From the NCBI GenBank assembly GCA_030390025.1, contig JASTWF010000495.1, positions 248,001 through 312,000 of the forward strand: a DNA stretch of 64,000 nt, written 5' to 3'. Source of the DNA: Squalus acanthias (Eukaryota). The notes under the pieces were generated by a model. That model did no database searches. It was not told the DNA's origin and worked only from the letters and a program-made list of their open reading frames with translations. Below are positions 35,932-48,724 of the stretch, one piece after another (within the stretch, counting starts at the first letter, position 1; every line of letters starts with the position of its first letter). The position numbers and the translations under genes are program-made.

Positions 35932-36977
35932 AGTAATTCAAAGATCCTGGGCTAATAAACTGGAGATATGAGTTCAAATCCCACCATGGCAGCTGGGGAA
36001 TTTCAAATCGAACTTTTTAAAATAAATCTGGAATTTTAAGAAAAAGCTAGTTTCAGTAATAGTAACCATGAAACTACCGGATTGTCATTAAAAACCCATC
36101 TGGTTCACGAATGTCCTTAGGGAAGGAAATCTGCCGTCCTTACCTGGTCTGGCCTATATGTGACTCCAGACCCACAGCAATGTGGTTGACTCTTAACTGC
36201 CCTCTGAAATGGCCGAGCAAGCCACTCAGTTGTATTCAAGAAGTGTCTCACCACCACCTTCTCAAGGGCAATCAGAGATGGGCAATAAATGCTGTCCTCG
36301 CCAGCGACGCCCACATCTCTGAGGTGTGACACTCTGAGGAGTTACTTTCTGTGGTTTGATACCTTGAGTGACATTCTGAGGCTGAACACAGAAGCTGGGA
36401 TCGGGAGATGATTCTGGGCCGAGTCCGGTGCAGTTGTGACTCACACACTGTGAGTGGGAGTCCCGTGCTCGATGCGAGGGTTACAGAATGAGTAAACATT
36501 ATCTTCTCAGAAGAAGCTGGACTGCAGCCAGTGCAGAGACTGTGGACTGTGACAGGGGATTGCCAGGGTTGTGTAACAGTATCGTGCTGACCTCAGCGGG
36601 CAGGATTCAAGCCCAGATACTCAGCGACCTGTTAAAACAACAGTTTCAAATAATTCACAGGCTGTGAGGCGTCCTGGGGACATGAACCGTGCTGTATAGA
36701 CGTGGGTTTGATCAACAACTTTCTAAAACTTACTTCAGTGACTTTCCAACAGAGATAAACACAAGGGAGGGGCAGCGAGCAGACAAGTACGTGGGTGGGT
36801 CCAGACACAACTAGATATAGCAACCAAGGAGAGTGAGGAGAGTGTGTGCAGGGTCATAGTGAAATGGAGGAGGGTTAGAACATGTAGACTGCAGGCAATC
36901 AAACCTCTGAAACAGCTCTCTGCTCAGTCCCATTCCCAGCCCTTCCCCCATTCACCCATCACACTGTGCCCACCACC

Positions 36978-38792
36978 CCCCAGTAATAAACTGTAGACCC
37001 AGTAATAAACCGTATACCCAGTAATATACCGTACACCCAGAAATGAACCGTACACCCAGTAATAAACCGTACACCCAGAAATATACCGTACACCCAGTAA
37101 TAAACCGTACACCCAGTAATATACCGTACACCCAGTAATATACCGTACACCCAGTAATAAACCGTACACCCAGAAATAAACCGTACACCCAGAAATATAC
37201 CGTACACCCAGTAATATACCGTACACCCAGTAATAAACTGTACACCCAGTAATAAACCGTACACCCAGAAATAAACCGTACACCCAGTAACAAACCGTAC
37301 ACCCAGTAATATACCGTACACCAGAAATATACCGTACACCCAGTAATAAACCGTACACCCAGTAATAAACCGTACACCAGAAATATACCGTACACCCAGT
37401 AATATACCGTACACCCAGAAATAAACCGTACACCCAGTAATATACCGTACACCCAGTAATAAACCGTACACCCAGTAATAAACCGTACACTCAGAAATAT
37501 ACCGTACACCCAGTAATAAACCGTACACCCAGTAATATACCATACACCCAGTAATGTACCGTACACCCAGTAATATACCGTACACCCAGTAATGTACCGT
37601 ACACCCAGTAATGTACCGTACACCCAGTAATATACCGTACACCCAGTAATGTACCATACACCCAGTAATATACCGTACACCCAGTAATGTACCATACACC
37701 CAGTAATATACCGTACACCCAGCAATATACCGTACACCCAGAAATAAACCGTACACCCAGTAATAAACCGTACACCAGTAATAAACCGTACACCCAGTAA
37801 TATACCGTACACCCAGAAATAAACCGTACACCCAGTAATATACCGTATACCCAGAAATAAACCGTACACCCAGAAATAAACCGTACACCAGAAATATACC
37901 GTACACCCAGAAATATACCGTACACCCAGTAATAAACCGTACACCCAGTAATAAACCGTACACCCAGTAATATACCGTACACCCAGAAATAAACCGTACA
38001 CCCAGTAATAAACCATACACCCAGTAATAAACCGTACACCCAGTAACAAACAATACATCAAGTAATAAACCGCACACCCAGAAATAAACCGTACACCCAG
38101 AAATAAACCGTACACCAGTAATAAACCGCACACCCAGAAATAAACCGCACACCCAGTAATATACCGTACACCCAGAAATAAACCGTACACCCAGTAATAA
38201 ACCGTACACCCAGTAATAAACCGTACACCCAGTAATAAACCGTACACCCAGAAATAAACCGTACACCCAGTAATAAACCGTACACCCAGAAATAAACCGT
38301 ACACCCAGTAATAAACCATACACCCAGAAATAAACCGTACACCCAGTAATAAACCGTACAACCAGTAATAAACCGTACCCCCAGAAATAAACCGTACACC
38401 CAGTAATAAACCGTACACCCAGAAATAAACCGTACACCCAGAAATATACCGCACACCCAGTAATAAACCGTACCCCCAGAAATAAACCATACACCCAGTA
38501 ATAAACCGTACACCCAGAAATAAACCGTACACCCAGAAATAAACCGTACACCCAGTAATAAACCGTACACCCAGGAATATACCGTACACCCAGTAATATA
38601 CCGTACATCCAGTAATATACCGTACACCCAGTATTATACCGTACACCCAGTAATATACCGTACACCCAGTAATATACCGTACACCCAGAAATATACCGTA
38701 CATCCAGTAATATACCGTACACCCAGTAATATACCGTACACCCAGTAATATACCGTACACCCAGTAATATGCCATACACCCAGTAATAAACA
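36978..38792 (+). repeat. ~19-bp minisatellite (CCGTACACCCAGTAATAAA)n, ~95 units with interspersed variants
   Basis: Tandem repeat with variants AGAAATAAA, AGTAATATA and AGTAATGTA. Confidence 0.98.
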
Positions 38793-39845
38793 GGGCTTTT
38801 ACAAAAGCAAAGAACAGTAGAGATCCCGTGGACTGAGTGAGATATAAAGAACAGCAAAGGGATGCACAGAAAGTAGTAAGAGCTGCAAAAAAGGAATATG
38901 AGGAACATCAAGGACACTCCCTCATCGACACTCCCTCATTGACCACGTTAGTTACCTCCTCAATACATTTAACTAGTTTCGTTAGACATGACTTAACCTT
39001 TACAAATCAAAGCTGGCTCTCTCTGATCAGCTCATATTAGCCCAAATGCTCCATCACTCTGTCCCTAATAATCGATTCTAGTAACTTCCCCACAACTGAC
39101 GTTAAACTAACAGGCCCATCATTTCCTGGTTTCTCTCTCCCACTGTTCTTAAATAATGGAGTGACATTGGCAATTTCCCAATCCAAGGGAATAATTCCTG
39201 AATCGAGCGAGTTCTAGTTAGTTCCTATCCTTGATTTATTTTTAGTTGTCCTTGTATCTCTGGTACGTTATCTTCATTCTCTACTGTGAAGACCAATATA
39301 AAGTAGCCAGCTAGTAAGTCTGCCAGTCACTTATTTCCAATGACAATATCACCGGTATCTCTCTTTAAGGGACCCACATTACTCTTACCCACCCTCTTTC
39401 TCGTAATATCCTTGTAAAAACCTTTAGTGTTATCCTTGATGTTCCTCGCAAGCTTTTCTCATATTCCTTTATTGCGGCTCTTACTACTTTCTGTGCATCC
39501 CTTTGCTGTTCTTTATCTCTCCCCCAGTCCACGGGATCTCTACTGTTCTTTGCTTTTGTATAAGCCCAGTCTTTTCATTTTATACTATCTCTCACTTCCC
39601 TTGTTGACCAAGGTTGTTTAATTACACACATGGAGCTCTTGTCCTTTAGGGCTCCCGACAGGTCCTGTAATCTACCAAGTGCTGTTTTGAACACCGCCCA
39701 CTGTTCATCTGTAGTTTTACCCGTTAACAGTTCTGCCCAGTCTATTGTGGTCAATTCTTGACTCATCCCTCCAAAGTCGGCCTTACCTCAATTTAAAACC
39801 TTGGTTTGTGACTCACCCTTCTCCCGCTCGAACCTAATATCGATA
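38792..39845 (-). mobile_element. Old CR1 ORF2 internal fragment with a terminal inverted segment
   Basis: IDWAELL..KTTDEQWAVFK; GPVSLTSVVGKLLESII-like motif at 39065-39120. Confidence 0.75.
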
Positions 39846-40289
39846 TAATGGCCCCGATCTTGACAGGGGAGGGTTGCGTAGGCGGGGAGCGGAGTTTCGG
39901 TCGGGAAACCCGGAACTTCATGCTGTGGAGTTTTGACTTCATACCGTGCGACTCTTTCTTTGCCAGTGTCCCCGCGAGTGGGAGCACTCCGGAGCAGGCA
40001 GCAGGAGTAGGTAGATCCAGTCCCCGACCCCGGGGGGGTTCGATCCCGGGGGTCTTTGTATCGGGCGGGGTCTGATGTGGGGAGGGTGCGATCCAAAGCA
40101 AGAGGGTGAGCTTGGGGGGGCTGGGGGGAAACACTCCTGCTCCTCCAGGCCCACAAGCAGTGCTGGAAAGGCACTTACCTCCTCCCCGAAAGCTGACCTC
40201 GCCCCCCCTTCAACTGCCGGGTTTCCCCAGGCCTGGGAAACCTGGGTGGCCGTTGTTAAACCTATAAAGCAGGTTAAAATATTTAAATG

Positions 40290-42870
40290 ACCAACCTGCC
40301 TCCTGGAGGGAGTTCCAGGATTTTGACCCAGCAATGATGAAGGATCGGCGCTATTTTTCCAAGTCAGGATGGTGTGTGACTTGGAGGGGAACTTGGAGGT
40401 GGTGGTGTTCCCATGCGCCTGCTGTCCTTGTCCTTCTAGGTGGAAGAGGTCGCGGGTTTGGGAGGTGCTGCCGAAGAACCCTTGGCGAGTTGCTGCAGTG
40501 CATCTTGTAGATGGTACACACTGCAGCCACGGTACGCCGGTAGTGGAGGGAGTGAATGTTTAAGGTGGTGGATGGGGTGCCAATCAAACGGGCTGCTTTG
40601 TCTTGGATGGTGTCGACCTTCTTGAGTGTTGTTGGAGCTGCACTCATCCAGGCAAGTGGAGAGTATTCCATCACACTCCTGACTTGTGCCTTGTAGATGG
40701 TGGAAAGGCTTTGGGGAGTCTGGAGGTGAGATACTCGCCGCAGAATACCTAGCCTCTGACCTGCTGTTGTTGCCACAGTATTTATGTGGCTGGTCCAGTT
40801 AAGTTTCTGGTCAATGGTAACCCCCCAGGATGTTGATGGTGGTGGATTTGGCGAAGGTAATGCCGTTGAATGTCAAGAGGAGGTGGTTAGAACATAGAAA
40901 ACATAGATAAATAGGAGTAGGAGTAGGCCATTCGGCACTTCGAGCCTGCTCCGCCATTCAATATGACCATGGCTGATCCTCTATCTCAATACCATATTCC
41001 CGCTCTCTCCCCATACCCCTTGATGCCTTTTGTGTCTAGAAATCTATCTATCTCCTTCTTAAATATATTCAGTGACTTGGCCTCCACAGCCTTCTGTGGT
41101 AGAGAATTCCACAGGTTCACCACCCTCTGAGTGAAGAAATTTCTCCTCATCTCAGTCCTAAATGTCCTACCCCGTACCCTGAGACTGTGACCCCTCGTTC
41201 TAGACCCCCAGCCAGGGGAAACATCCTCCCTGCATCCAGTCTGTCTAGCCTTGTCAGAATTTTATACGTTTCAATGAGATCCCCTCTCATTCTTCTAAAC
41301 TCTAGGGAATATAGGCCGAGTCTACTCAATCTCTCCTCATAGGGCAATCCCCTCATCCCAGGAATCAGTCTGGTGAACCTTCACTGCACTCCCTCTATCG
41401 CAAGTATATCCTTTCTTAGGTAAGGAGACCAAAACTGCACACAGTACTCCAGGTGTGGTCTCACCAAGGCCCTGTATAACTGTAGTAAGACATCCTTGCT
41501 CCTGTACTCAAATCCTCTTGCAATGAAGGCCAACATACCATTTGCCTTCCTAACTGCTTGCTGCACCTGCATGTTTGCTTTCAGTGACTGGTGTACAAGG
41601 ACACCCAGGCCCCTTTGTACATCAGCATTTCCCAATCTATCACCATTTAAATAATACTCTACCTTTCTGTTTTTTCCTACCGAAGTGGATAACTTCACAT
41701 TTATCCACGTTACACTGCATCTGCCATGTATTTGCCCACTCACTCAACTTGTCTAAATCGCCTTGAAGCCTCTTTGCATCCTCCTCACAACTCACAGTTA
41801 GACGCTCGCTTGTTGGAGATAGTCATTGCTTGGCACTTGTGTGGCGCGAATGTTACCAGCCACTTATCAGCCCAAGCCTGAATGTCGTCCAGGTCTTGCT
41901 GCATGCGGGCATGGACTGCTTCATTATCTGAGGAGTTGTGAATGGCACTGAACACTGTGCAGTCATCAGCAAACATCCCCACTTCTGACCTTATGATGGA
42001 GGGAAGGTCATTGATGAAGTAGCTGAAGATGGTTGGTCCTAAGACACTGCCTTGAGGAACACCTACAGCGATGTCCTGGGGCTGTGATGATTGACCTCCA
42101 TCCACCACAACCATCTTCCTTTGTGCTCGGTATGCCTCCAGCCAGTGGAGAGTTTCTCCCCCCCCCGATTCTCATTGACTTCGGTTTTACTAGGGCTCCT
42201 TGATGCCACACTCGGTGAAATGGTGCTTTGATGTCAAGGGCCTCACTCTCAGCTCACCTCTGGAATTCAGCTCTTTCTCCATGTTTGGACTAAGGCTGTA
42301 ATGAGGTCTAGAGCCGAGTTTTGTTTTTAATTCGTTTGTGGGATCTGGGCGTCGCTGGCAAGGCCAGCATTTATTGCCCATCCCTAATTGCCCTTGAGAA
42401 GGTGGTGGTGAGCCGCCTTCTTGAACCGCTGCAGTCCGTGTGGTGAAGGTACTCCCACAGTGCTGTTGGGTAGGGAGTTCCAGGATTTTGACCCAGCGAT
42501 GATGAAGGATCTAAGTCAGGATGGTGTGTGACTTGGAGGGGAACTTGGAGGTGGTGGTGTTCCCATGCGCCTGCTGCCCTTGTCCTTCTCGGTGAAAGAG
42601 GTCGCGGGTTTGGGAGGTGCTGCCGAAGAAGCCTTGGCGAGTTGCTGCAGTGCATCTTGTAGATGGTAGACACTGCAGCCACGGTACGCCGGTGGTGGAG
42701 GGAGTGAATGTTTAAGGTGGTGGGTGGGGTGCCAATCAAACAGGCTGCTTTGTCCTGGCGGAACCCAAACTGGCCATCAGTGAGCAGGTTATTGCTGCTT
42801 GATAGCACTGTCGACGACACCTTCCATCACTTTGCTGATGATTGAGAGTAGACTGATGGAGCGGTAATTG
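40290..42870 (-). mobile_element. Nested LINE cluster: second LINE family (40290-40890, 41790-42870) and CR1 (40890-41790)
   Basis: [17 protein letters not shown]; IYKAQVRSVMEYSPLAW; CR1 LYRALVRPHLEYCVQFWSP. Confidence 0.9.
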
Positions 42871-43409
42871 AAAGTGTCGTTGAAAATTGAAACACAGAAA
42901 AGTGCTCGGCCTTTAACTGAATACAGAGAGTGGATTTTCCCCGGTTTCTCTCTCTTTCACACACACTCTGACAAACTGTTGAAAACCATGCTCCTTTTCC
43001 ACCATATTTTGACTACATCAAAGGATAATGTCGTGCAGGAGGCTGTATGATGTATCTATTTCCCAAATCCTTTGAAAACAGACTCTCTATGTTAACAGTT
43101 TGCAATTGTTAACCTCAGAACCACTTCCCCGACACGAGACTTCCTGACTTAACATCTGTTCGCATCTTTGAAGTAAAAGCTGTACCAACTGCTCTCTGTA
43201 TCTAACGGATTGCTACCCCTGTTTTATTACCCTAAAACTAAACTTTACATTTTATAACCTGCACTTATTCCCTTACACAAGCACTTTACATCTCAGAAAA
43301 CAAGCAATGCTATTTTTTGACTTCAAAGTCATCCTGCTTATATCTTGGAAAGTCTGGAAGCCTGTTAATGCAAAATACAAAGAAGTTTGACTATTAACCC
43401 TTAACTCCC

Positions 43410-46400
43410 CAAGGTGTCCAACATACATCTCTCCAGGATGTCCAACACTATGTCACCTCTGACCTTCCCTTCTCTGATCTCGAACAATCAGTTCGCAGCA
43501 AAGGCCTCAGCTTCATCCCCTTATGCTTCCACCTCAATGAATTTCCAGCTCAGCACGATGCAGAGTTCTTTTTCCATTGCCTTCACCTCCGCCCCAACTT
43601 CTTTGGCCAGGAGACTTCCCCCGCACAGCGGAAGCTATCTCCAACCTTCACAATTTTCGTTCCACCTGGACCCCTCCCACTGGCCTCTTACCCTCTCTAG
43701 ATCTTTCATTGGGAACCGCTGGCGTGACATCGGCTGTCTCAATTTAATACTCTGCTCACAAATCTACTCAAACCTACCTCCCTCTGAACTTGCAGCACTC
43801 CGTTCCCTCAGATCCAACCCTAACATTGTCATTAAACCTGCTGACAAGGGTGGCGCTGATGTTGTTTGGCGAACTGGCCTCTACCTTGTGGAGGCTGAAC
43901 GTCATTGTTTCCCAGTCTGTCACTGACCTCATCTCCTCTGGAAATCTTCCCTCCATGGCCTCCAACCTCATAGTCCCCAACCCCGCACAGCCCGCCTCTA
44001 CCTCCTTCCCAAGATCCACAAACAGGACTGCCCTGGTAGACCCATCGATTCAGTCTGTTCTTGCCCCACGGAACAGATTTCTTCATATTCGACTCTATTT
44101 TTTCTCCCCTCGTCCACTTTCTTTCCACCTACATCCGCGACTCTTCTGACACCCTCCACCACTTTAACAGTTTCCAGTTTCCTGGCCCTAACTCTCTCCT
44201 TTTCACCATGGACGCCCTGTCCCTCTACACCTCCATCCCCCACCAGGACGGCTTGAGGGTCCTCCGCTTATTCCTTGAACGGTGGCCCAATCAGTCCACA
44301 TCCACCAACACCCTCCTCCACCTGGCTGAACTTGTTCTAACATTGAACAGCATCTCCTTTGACTCCACTCACTTCCTCCAAATAAAAGATCTTTCAAAGT
44401 TCCCTATATTCTAGATCGGTCCCAGCGGATTGGAAGGTAGCAAATGTAACCTCGCTATTCAAGAAAGAAGGGAGAGAGGAAACAGGGAACTGCAGGCCAG
44501 TTAGCCTGACATCAGTCATCGGGAAAATGCTGGAATCCATTATTAAGGAAGTGGTAACAGGGCACTTGGAAAATCATAATATGATTAGACAGAGTCAACA
44601 TGGTTTTATGAAAGGGCAATCCTGTTTAACAAATTTATTAGAGAATTTTTGAGGATGTAACTAGCAGGATAGATAAAGGAGAATCAGGGGATGTGGAATA
44701 TTTGAATTTCCAAAAGGCATTCGATAAGGTGCCACATAAAAGGTTGCTACATAAGATAAGGGCTCATGGGGTTGGGAGTAATATATTAGCATGGATAGAG
44801 GATTGGTTAATGGACAGAAAACAGAGAGCAGGGATAAACGGGTCATTTTCCGGTTGGCAGGCTGCAACTAGTGGGGTGTCGCTAGGATCAGTGTTTGGGC
44901 CTCAGCTATTTACAATCTATATTAATGACTTAGATGAAGGGACCGAGTGGAATGTATCCAAGTTTGCTGATGATACAAAGCTAGGTGGGACAGTAAGCTG
45001 TGAGGAGGACACAAAGAGCCTGCAAAGGGGTATAGACAGGTTAAGTGAGTGGGCAATAAGGTGGCAGATGGAGTATAATGTGGGGAAATGTGAGGTTATT
45101 CACTTTGGTAGGAAGAATAGAAAAACAGAATATTTTTTAAATGGTGAGGAACTATTTAATGTTGGTATTCAGAGAGATTTAGGTATCCTCGTACAGGAAA
45201 CACAGAAAGTGAGCATGCAAGTACAGCAAGCAATTAGGAAGGCAAATGGCATGTTGGCCTTTATTGCAAGGGGGATGGAGTACAAGAGTAGGGAAGTCTT
45301 GCTCCAATTGTACAGGGCTTTGGTGAGATCACACCTGGAGTACTGTGCACAGTTCTGGTCTCCTTATCTAAGGAAGGATATACTTGCCTTGGAGGCAGTG
45401 CAACGAAGGTTTACCAGATTGATCCCTGGGATGAGAGGGTTGTCCAGTGAGGAGAGATTAAGTAGATTGGGCCTATGCTCTCTGGAGTTTCGAAGAATGA
45501 GAGGTGATCTCATTGAAATATATCAGATTCTGAGGGGGATTGACAGGGTAGATGCGGAGAGGCTGTTTCCTCTGGCTGGAGAGTCTAGGACACGGGGGCA
45601 TCGTCTCAGGATAAGGGACATGGCATGTTGGCCTTTATTGCAAAGGGGGTTAAGACTGAGCTGAGGAGGAATTTCTTCACTCAGAGGGTTGTGAATCTTT
45701 GGAATTCTCTGCCCCAAAGGGCTGTGGTGGATGCTGAATCATTGAGTATATTCAGTGCTGAGGTAGATAGATTTTTGGACTCCTGGGGAATTGAGGGATA
45801 TGGGGATCGGGTGGGAAAGTGGAGTTGAGCTCAATGATCAGCCATGTTCATACTGAATGGCAGAGCAGGCTCGAAGGGCCAGATGGCCTGCTCCTGCCCC
45901 AATTCTTATGTTCTTATTCTCTTAAAAGGTGTTGCTATGGGAACCCGTATGCACCAACTCAGGTCCCCTCCCTCACCTCCTTTTCCTACATTGATGACTG
46001 TATCAGTGTATCTTCCTGCTCTCGCCCAGAACTGGAAAACTTCATCAAATGTGCTTCCAGTTTCCACTCCTCCGTCGCCTTCACATGGTCCATCTCCGAC
46101 TCTTCCCTTCCCTTCCTCGACTTCTCTATCTCAGTTTCTGGGGATAGGCTATCGAAAAACAACCACCACTGTAAGCCCACTGACTGCCACAGCTACCTTG
46201 ATTACATTCCTCCCACCCCGCTTCCTGTAAGGTCTCTTTTCCATTCTTCCAGTTTCTCCGTCGCATCTGTTGAGACGAGGCCACCTTCCATACTAGTGCT
46301 TCCGATATGTCTTCCTTTTTCCTCAATCGAGGATTCCCGTTCACCGTGGTTGACATGGCCCTCGACCGTGTCTTACCCATTTCCCACACCCCTTCCCCTC

Positions 46401-47290
46401 CCTCCCTCAACCACAATAGAGTTCCCCCGTCCTCACCTACCACCCCACCAGCCTCCACATTCAACGGATCACCCTCCACCAATTCCGCCATATCCAACGT
46501 GATGCCACCACTAAACACATCTTCCCCTTTCCGCCCCTTTCAGCATTCCAGGGACCGTCCCCTCCACGACACCCTGGTCCACTCCTCAATCACCCCCAAC
46601 ACCCACTTCCCATCCCACGGCACCTTCCCGTGCAAGCGCAGGAGATGCAACACCTGCCCTTTCACCTCCTCCCTTCCCACTGTCCAGGGCCCCAAACACT
46701 CCTTCCAGTTGAAGCAGCGATTTATTTGTACATCTTTCTATTGAGTTCACTGTATTTGCTGCTCACGATGCGGTCTCCTCTACTTTTGGGAGACCAAATG
46801 CAGATTGGATGATAGCTTTGCGGAACACCTCCGTTCAGTCTGCAAGCGTGACACTGAGCTTCTAGTTGCTTGTCATTTTAATTCTCCGCCCTACTCCAAC
46901 TCTGACCTCGACCTCCTACTCTGTTCTAATGCAGCTCAACAGAAGCTCGAGGAACAGCACCTCATCTTTCCATTAGGCACTTTACAGCCTTCCGGACTCA
47001 ACATCGAGTTCAACAATTTCAGGTCATAACCACTGCTCGCATTTTTTGGATAGCAGCTGTTGGTAATGATTCTGTTTTTGTCATTTTCAGCTCCTCTAGA
47101 CTCATCTTTTGTTTCTTTTACTGTCCCATTACCACCTGTTTTTGCCTTGCACCATCAACCCCTTGTCATTTCATCTCTCCTGCCTTCCACCCTATCACAG
47201 ACCTTCGCTTTTGTTCTTTCCTCCCCTGACTTTCGCTGCCTCTGTATTTGCTTAAAACCTGTTATATCTCGAACTTTTTCCAGTTCCTCC
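43410..47290 (+). mobile_element. Degenerate Penelope-like element (RT plus GIY-YIG) split by a CR1 insertion
   Basis: IVIKPADKGG, LFTMDALSLYTSIPH, KGVAMGT, YIDD, LPFLD, CKRRRCNTC, QPSGLNIEF; the two halves join across 44390-45920 (LQIK|GVAMG). Confidence 0.9.
44390..45915 (+). mobile_element. CR1 LINE RT half with 3' UTR
   Basis: 323-aa ORF: FQKAFDKVPHKRLL...YINDLD...[11 protein letters not shown]...FWSPYLRKD. Confidence 0.95.
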
Positions 47291-48490
47291 AATCCTGGTT
47301 CCATTCTTATCTATCCAACTATAGACAGAGAATCACCTGCAATGTTCCCGCTCCCGCTCCGTTTCCTCTGGTGTCCCTGAAGGATCTATGCTTGGCCTCC
47401 TCCCATTTCTCATCTACATGCTGCCCCTCGGCAACATCATCCGAAAACACAGCATCAGTTTCCACATATACGCTGACGACACCCAGCTCTACCTCACCAC
47501 CATCTCTCTCGACCCCTCCACTGGCTCTAAATTGTCAGACTGCCTGTCCGACCTCCAGTCCTTCAACTAAATATTGGGAAGACTGAAGCCACTGTCTTCG
47601 GTCCCTGCCACAAACTCCTTTCCCTAAACACCGACTCTATCCCTCTCCCTGGCAACTGTCTGTGGCTGAACCAGACTGTTCGCAACCTTGGTGTTATATT
47701 TGACCCTGACAGGAGCTTCTGACCATATATCAGCGCCAATACCACCTATTTCCACCTTTGTAACATCATCCGACTCCGCCCCTGCCTCAGCTCATCCGCT
47801 GCTGAAACCCTCATCCATGCCTTTGTTACCTCTGGACTTGACTATTCCAGCGCTCTCCTGGCCGGCCTCCCACATTCTACCCTCCGTAAACTTGAGCTCA
47901 TCCAAAACTCTGCTGCCGGTGTCCTAACTCGCACCAAGTCCCGTTCACCCATCACCCTTGTGCTCACTGACCTACATTGGCTCCCGGTTAAGCAATGCCT
48001 CGATTTTAAAATTCTCTTCCTTGTTTTCAAATCCCTCCATGGCCTCGGCCCTCCCGAACTCTGGAATGTCCTCCAGCCCCACAACCAACGGTCCTGCACA
48101 GCCGGCTCACCCGCTTTTAAATGTCTGGTGTTTTCAATGGGCCCCGCAGCCAAAAAAGTGAAAGGGAACATTGCCCACAACCCTCCAATATATCTGTGCT
48201 TCTCCAATTCTGGCCTCTGGAGATTCCCCGACTTTAATCGCTCCACCATTGGCGGCCGTGCCTCCAGCTGCCCTGAGCTCTGGAATTCTCTCCTAACCCT
48301 CTCCGCCTCTCTCTCCTCCTTTAAGATGCTCCTTAAAACCTACCTCTTTGACCAAGCTTTTAGTCACCTGTCTTAATATCTCTTTCTGTGGCTCGGTGTC
48401 AAATTTTGTTTGATAATCGCTCCTGTGGAGCGCCTTGTGACGTTTCACTCCGTTAAAGGTGCTGCATAAACACAAGGTGTTGTTGACAGG
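47290..48490 (+). mobile_element. L2-like LINE 3' portion
   Basis: [30 protein letters not shown]; LTDLHWLPVKQ..FKI; FK.LLKTYLF. Same family at 58735-60440 and 9535-9680. Confidence 0.85.
48086..48173. mobile_element. 88-bp hAT-type MITE remnant
   Basis: 8-bp TSD CCCACAAC (48078-48085 and 48174-48181); imperfect TIRs CAACGGTCC / GGAACATTG. Confidence 0.65.
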
Positions 48491-48512
48491 TCATCGAGCT
48501 GGACCGGTAACT

Positions 48513-48626
48513 CTGTGACGCTGCAGGCCCCGCCCACTCCAGGCCCTGTGACGCTGCAGGCCCCGCCCACTCCAGGCCCTGTGACGCTCCAGGCCCCGCC
48601 CACTCCAGGCCCTGTGACGTTGCAGG
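48513..48626 (+). repeat. 33-bp tandem repeat (~3.4 units) containing a GC box and a CRE half-site
   Basis: (CTGTGACGCTGCAGGCCCCGCCCACTCCAGGCC)n. Confidence 0.9.
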
Positions 48627-48724
48627 AGGGGATCAGGTGCGCATGTGCGGTTCCAGTATACTGCACACATGTGCAGAAGGCCACAAAAATGTTCGTGCAC
48701 ATAATCACTTTGGCCAAACAATGG

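Larger units (their letters stand above)
35800..36320 (+). mobile_element. tRNA-derived SINE with a LINE-derived 3' tail
   Basis: A-box-like TAGTGGTTA and B-box GAGTTCAAATCCC; tail CACCACCACCTTCTCAAGGGCAAT...AATAAATGCT is shared with LINE fragments at 24750-24810, 42350-42410 and 49735-49800. Confidence 0.7.

Noticed and set aside
36924-38917. 607- and 652-aa hydrophobic ORFs
   Set aside because: Translations of the ~19-bp VNTR; no domain or splice support.
39848-40290. GC/CpG-rich segment as a possible exon or promoter
   Set aside because: It lies between LINE fragments with no coherent ORF or splice sites; most likely part of an unclassified interspersed repeat.
44693-45664. 323-aa reverse transcriptase ORF as a host gene
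   Set aside because: Truncated CR1 ORF2 with an upstream frameshift; inserted into a Penelope element.
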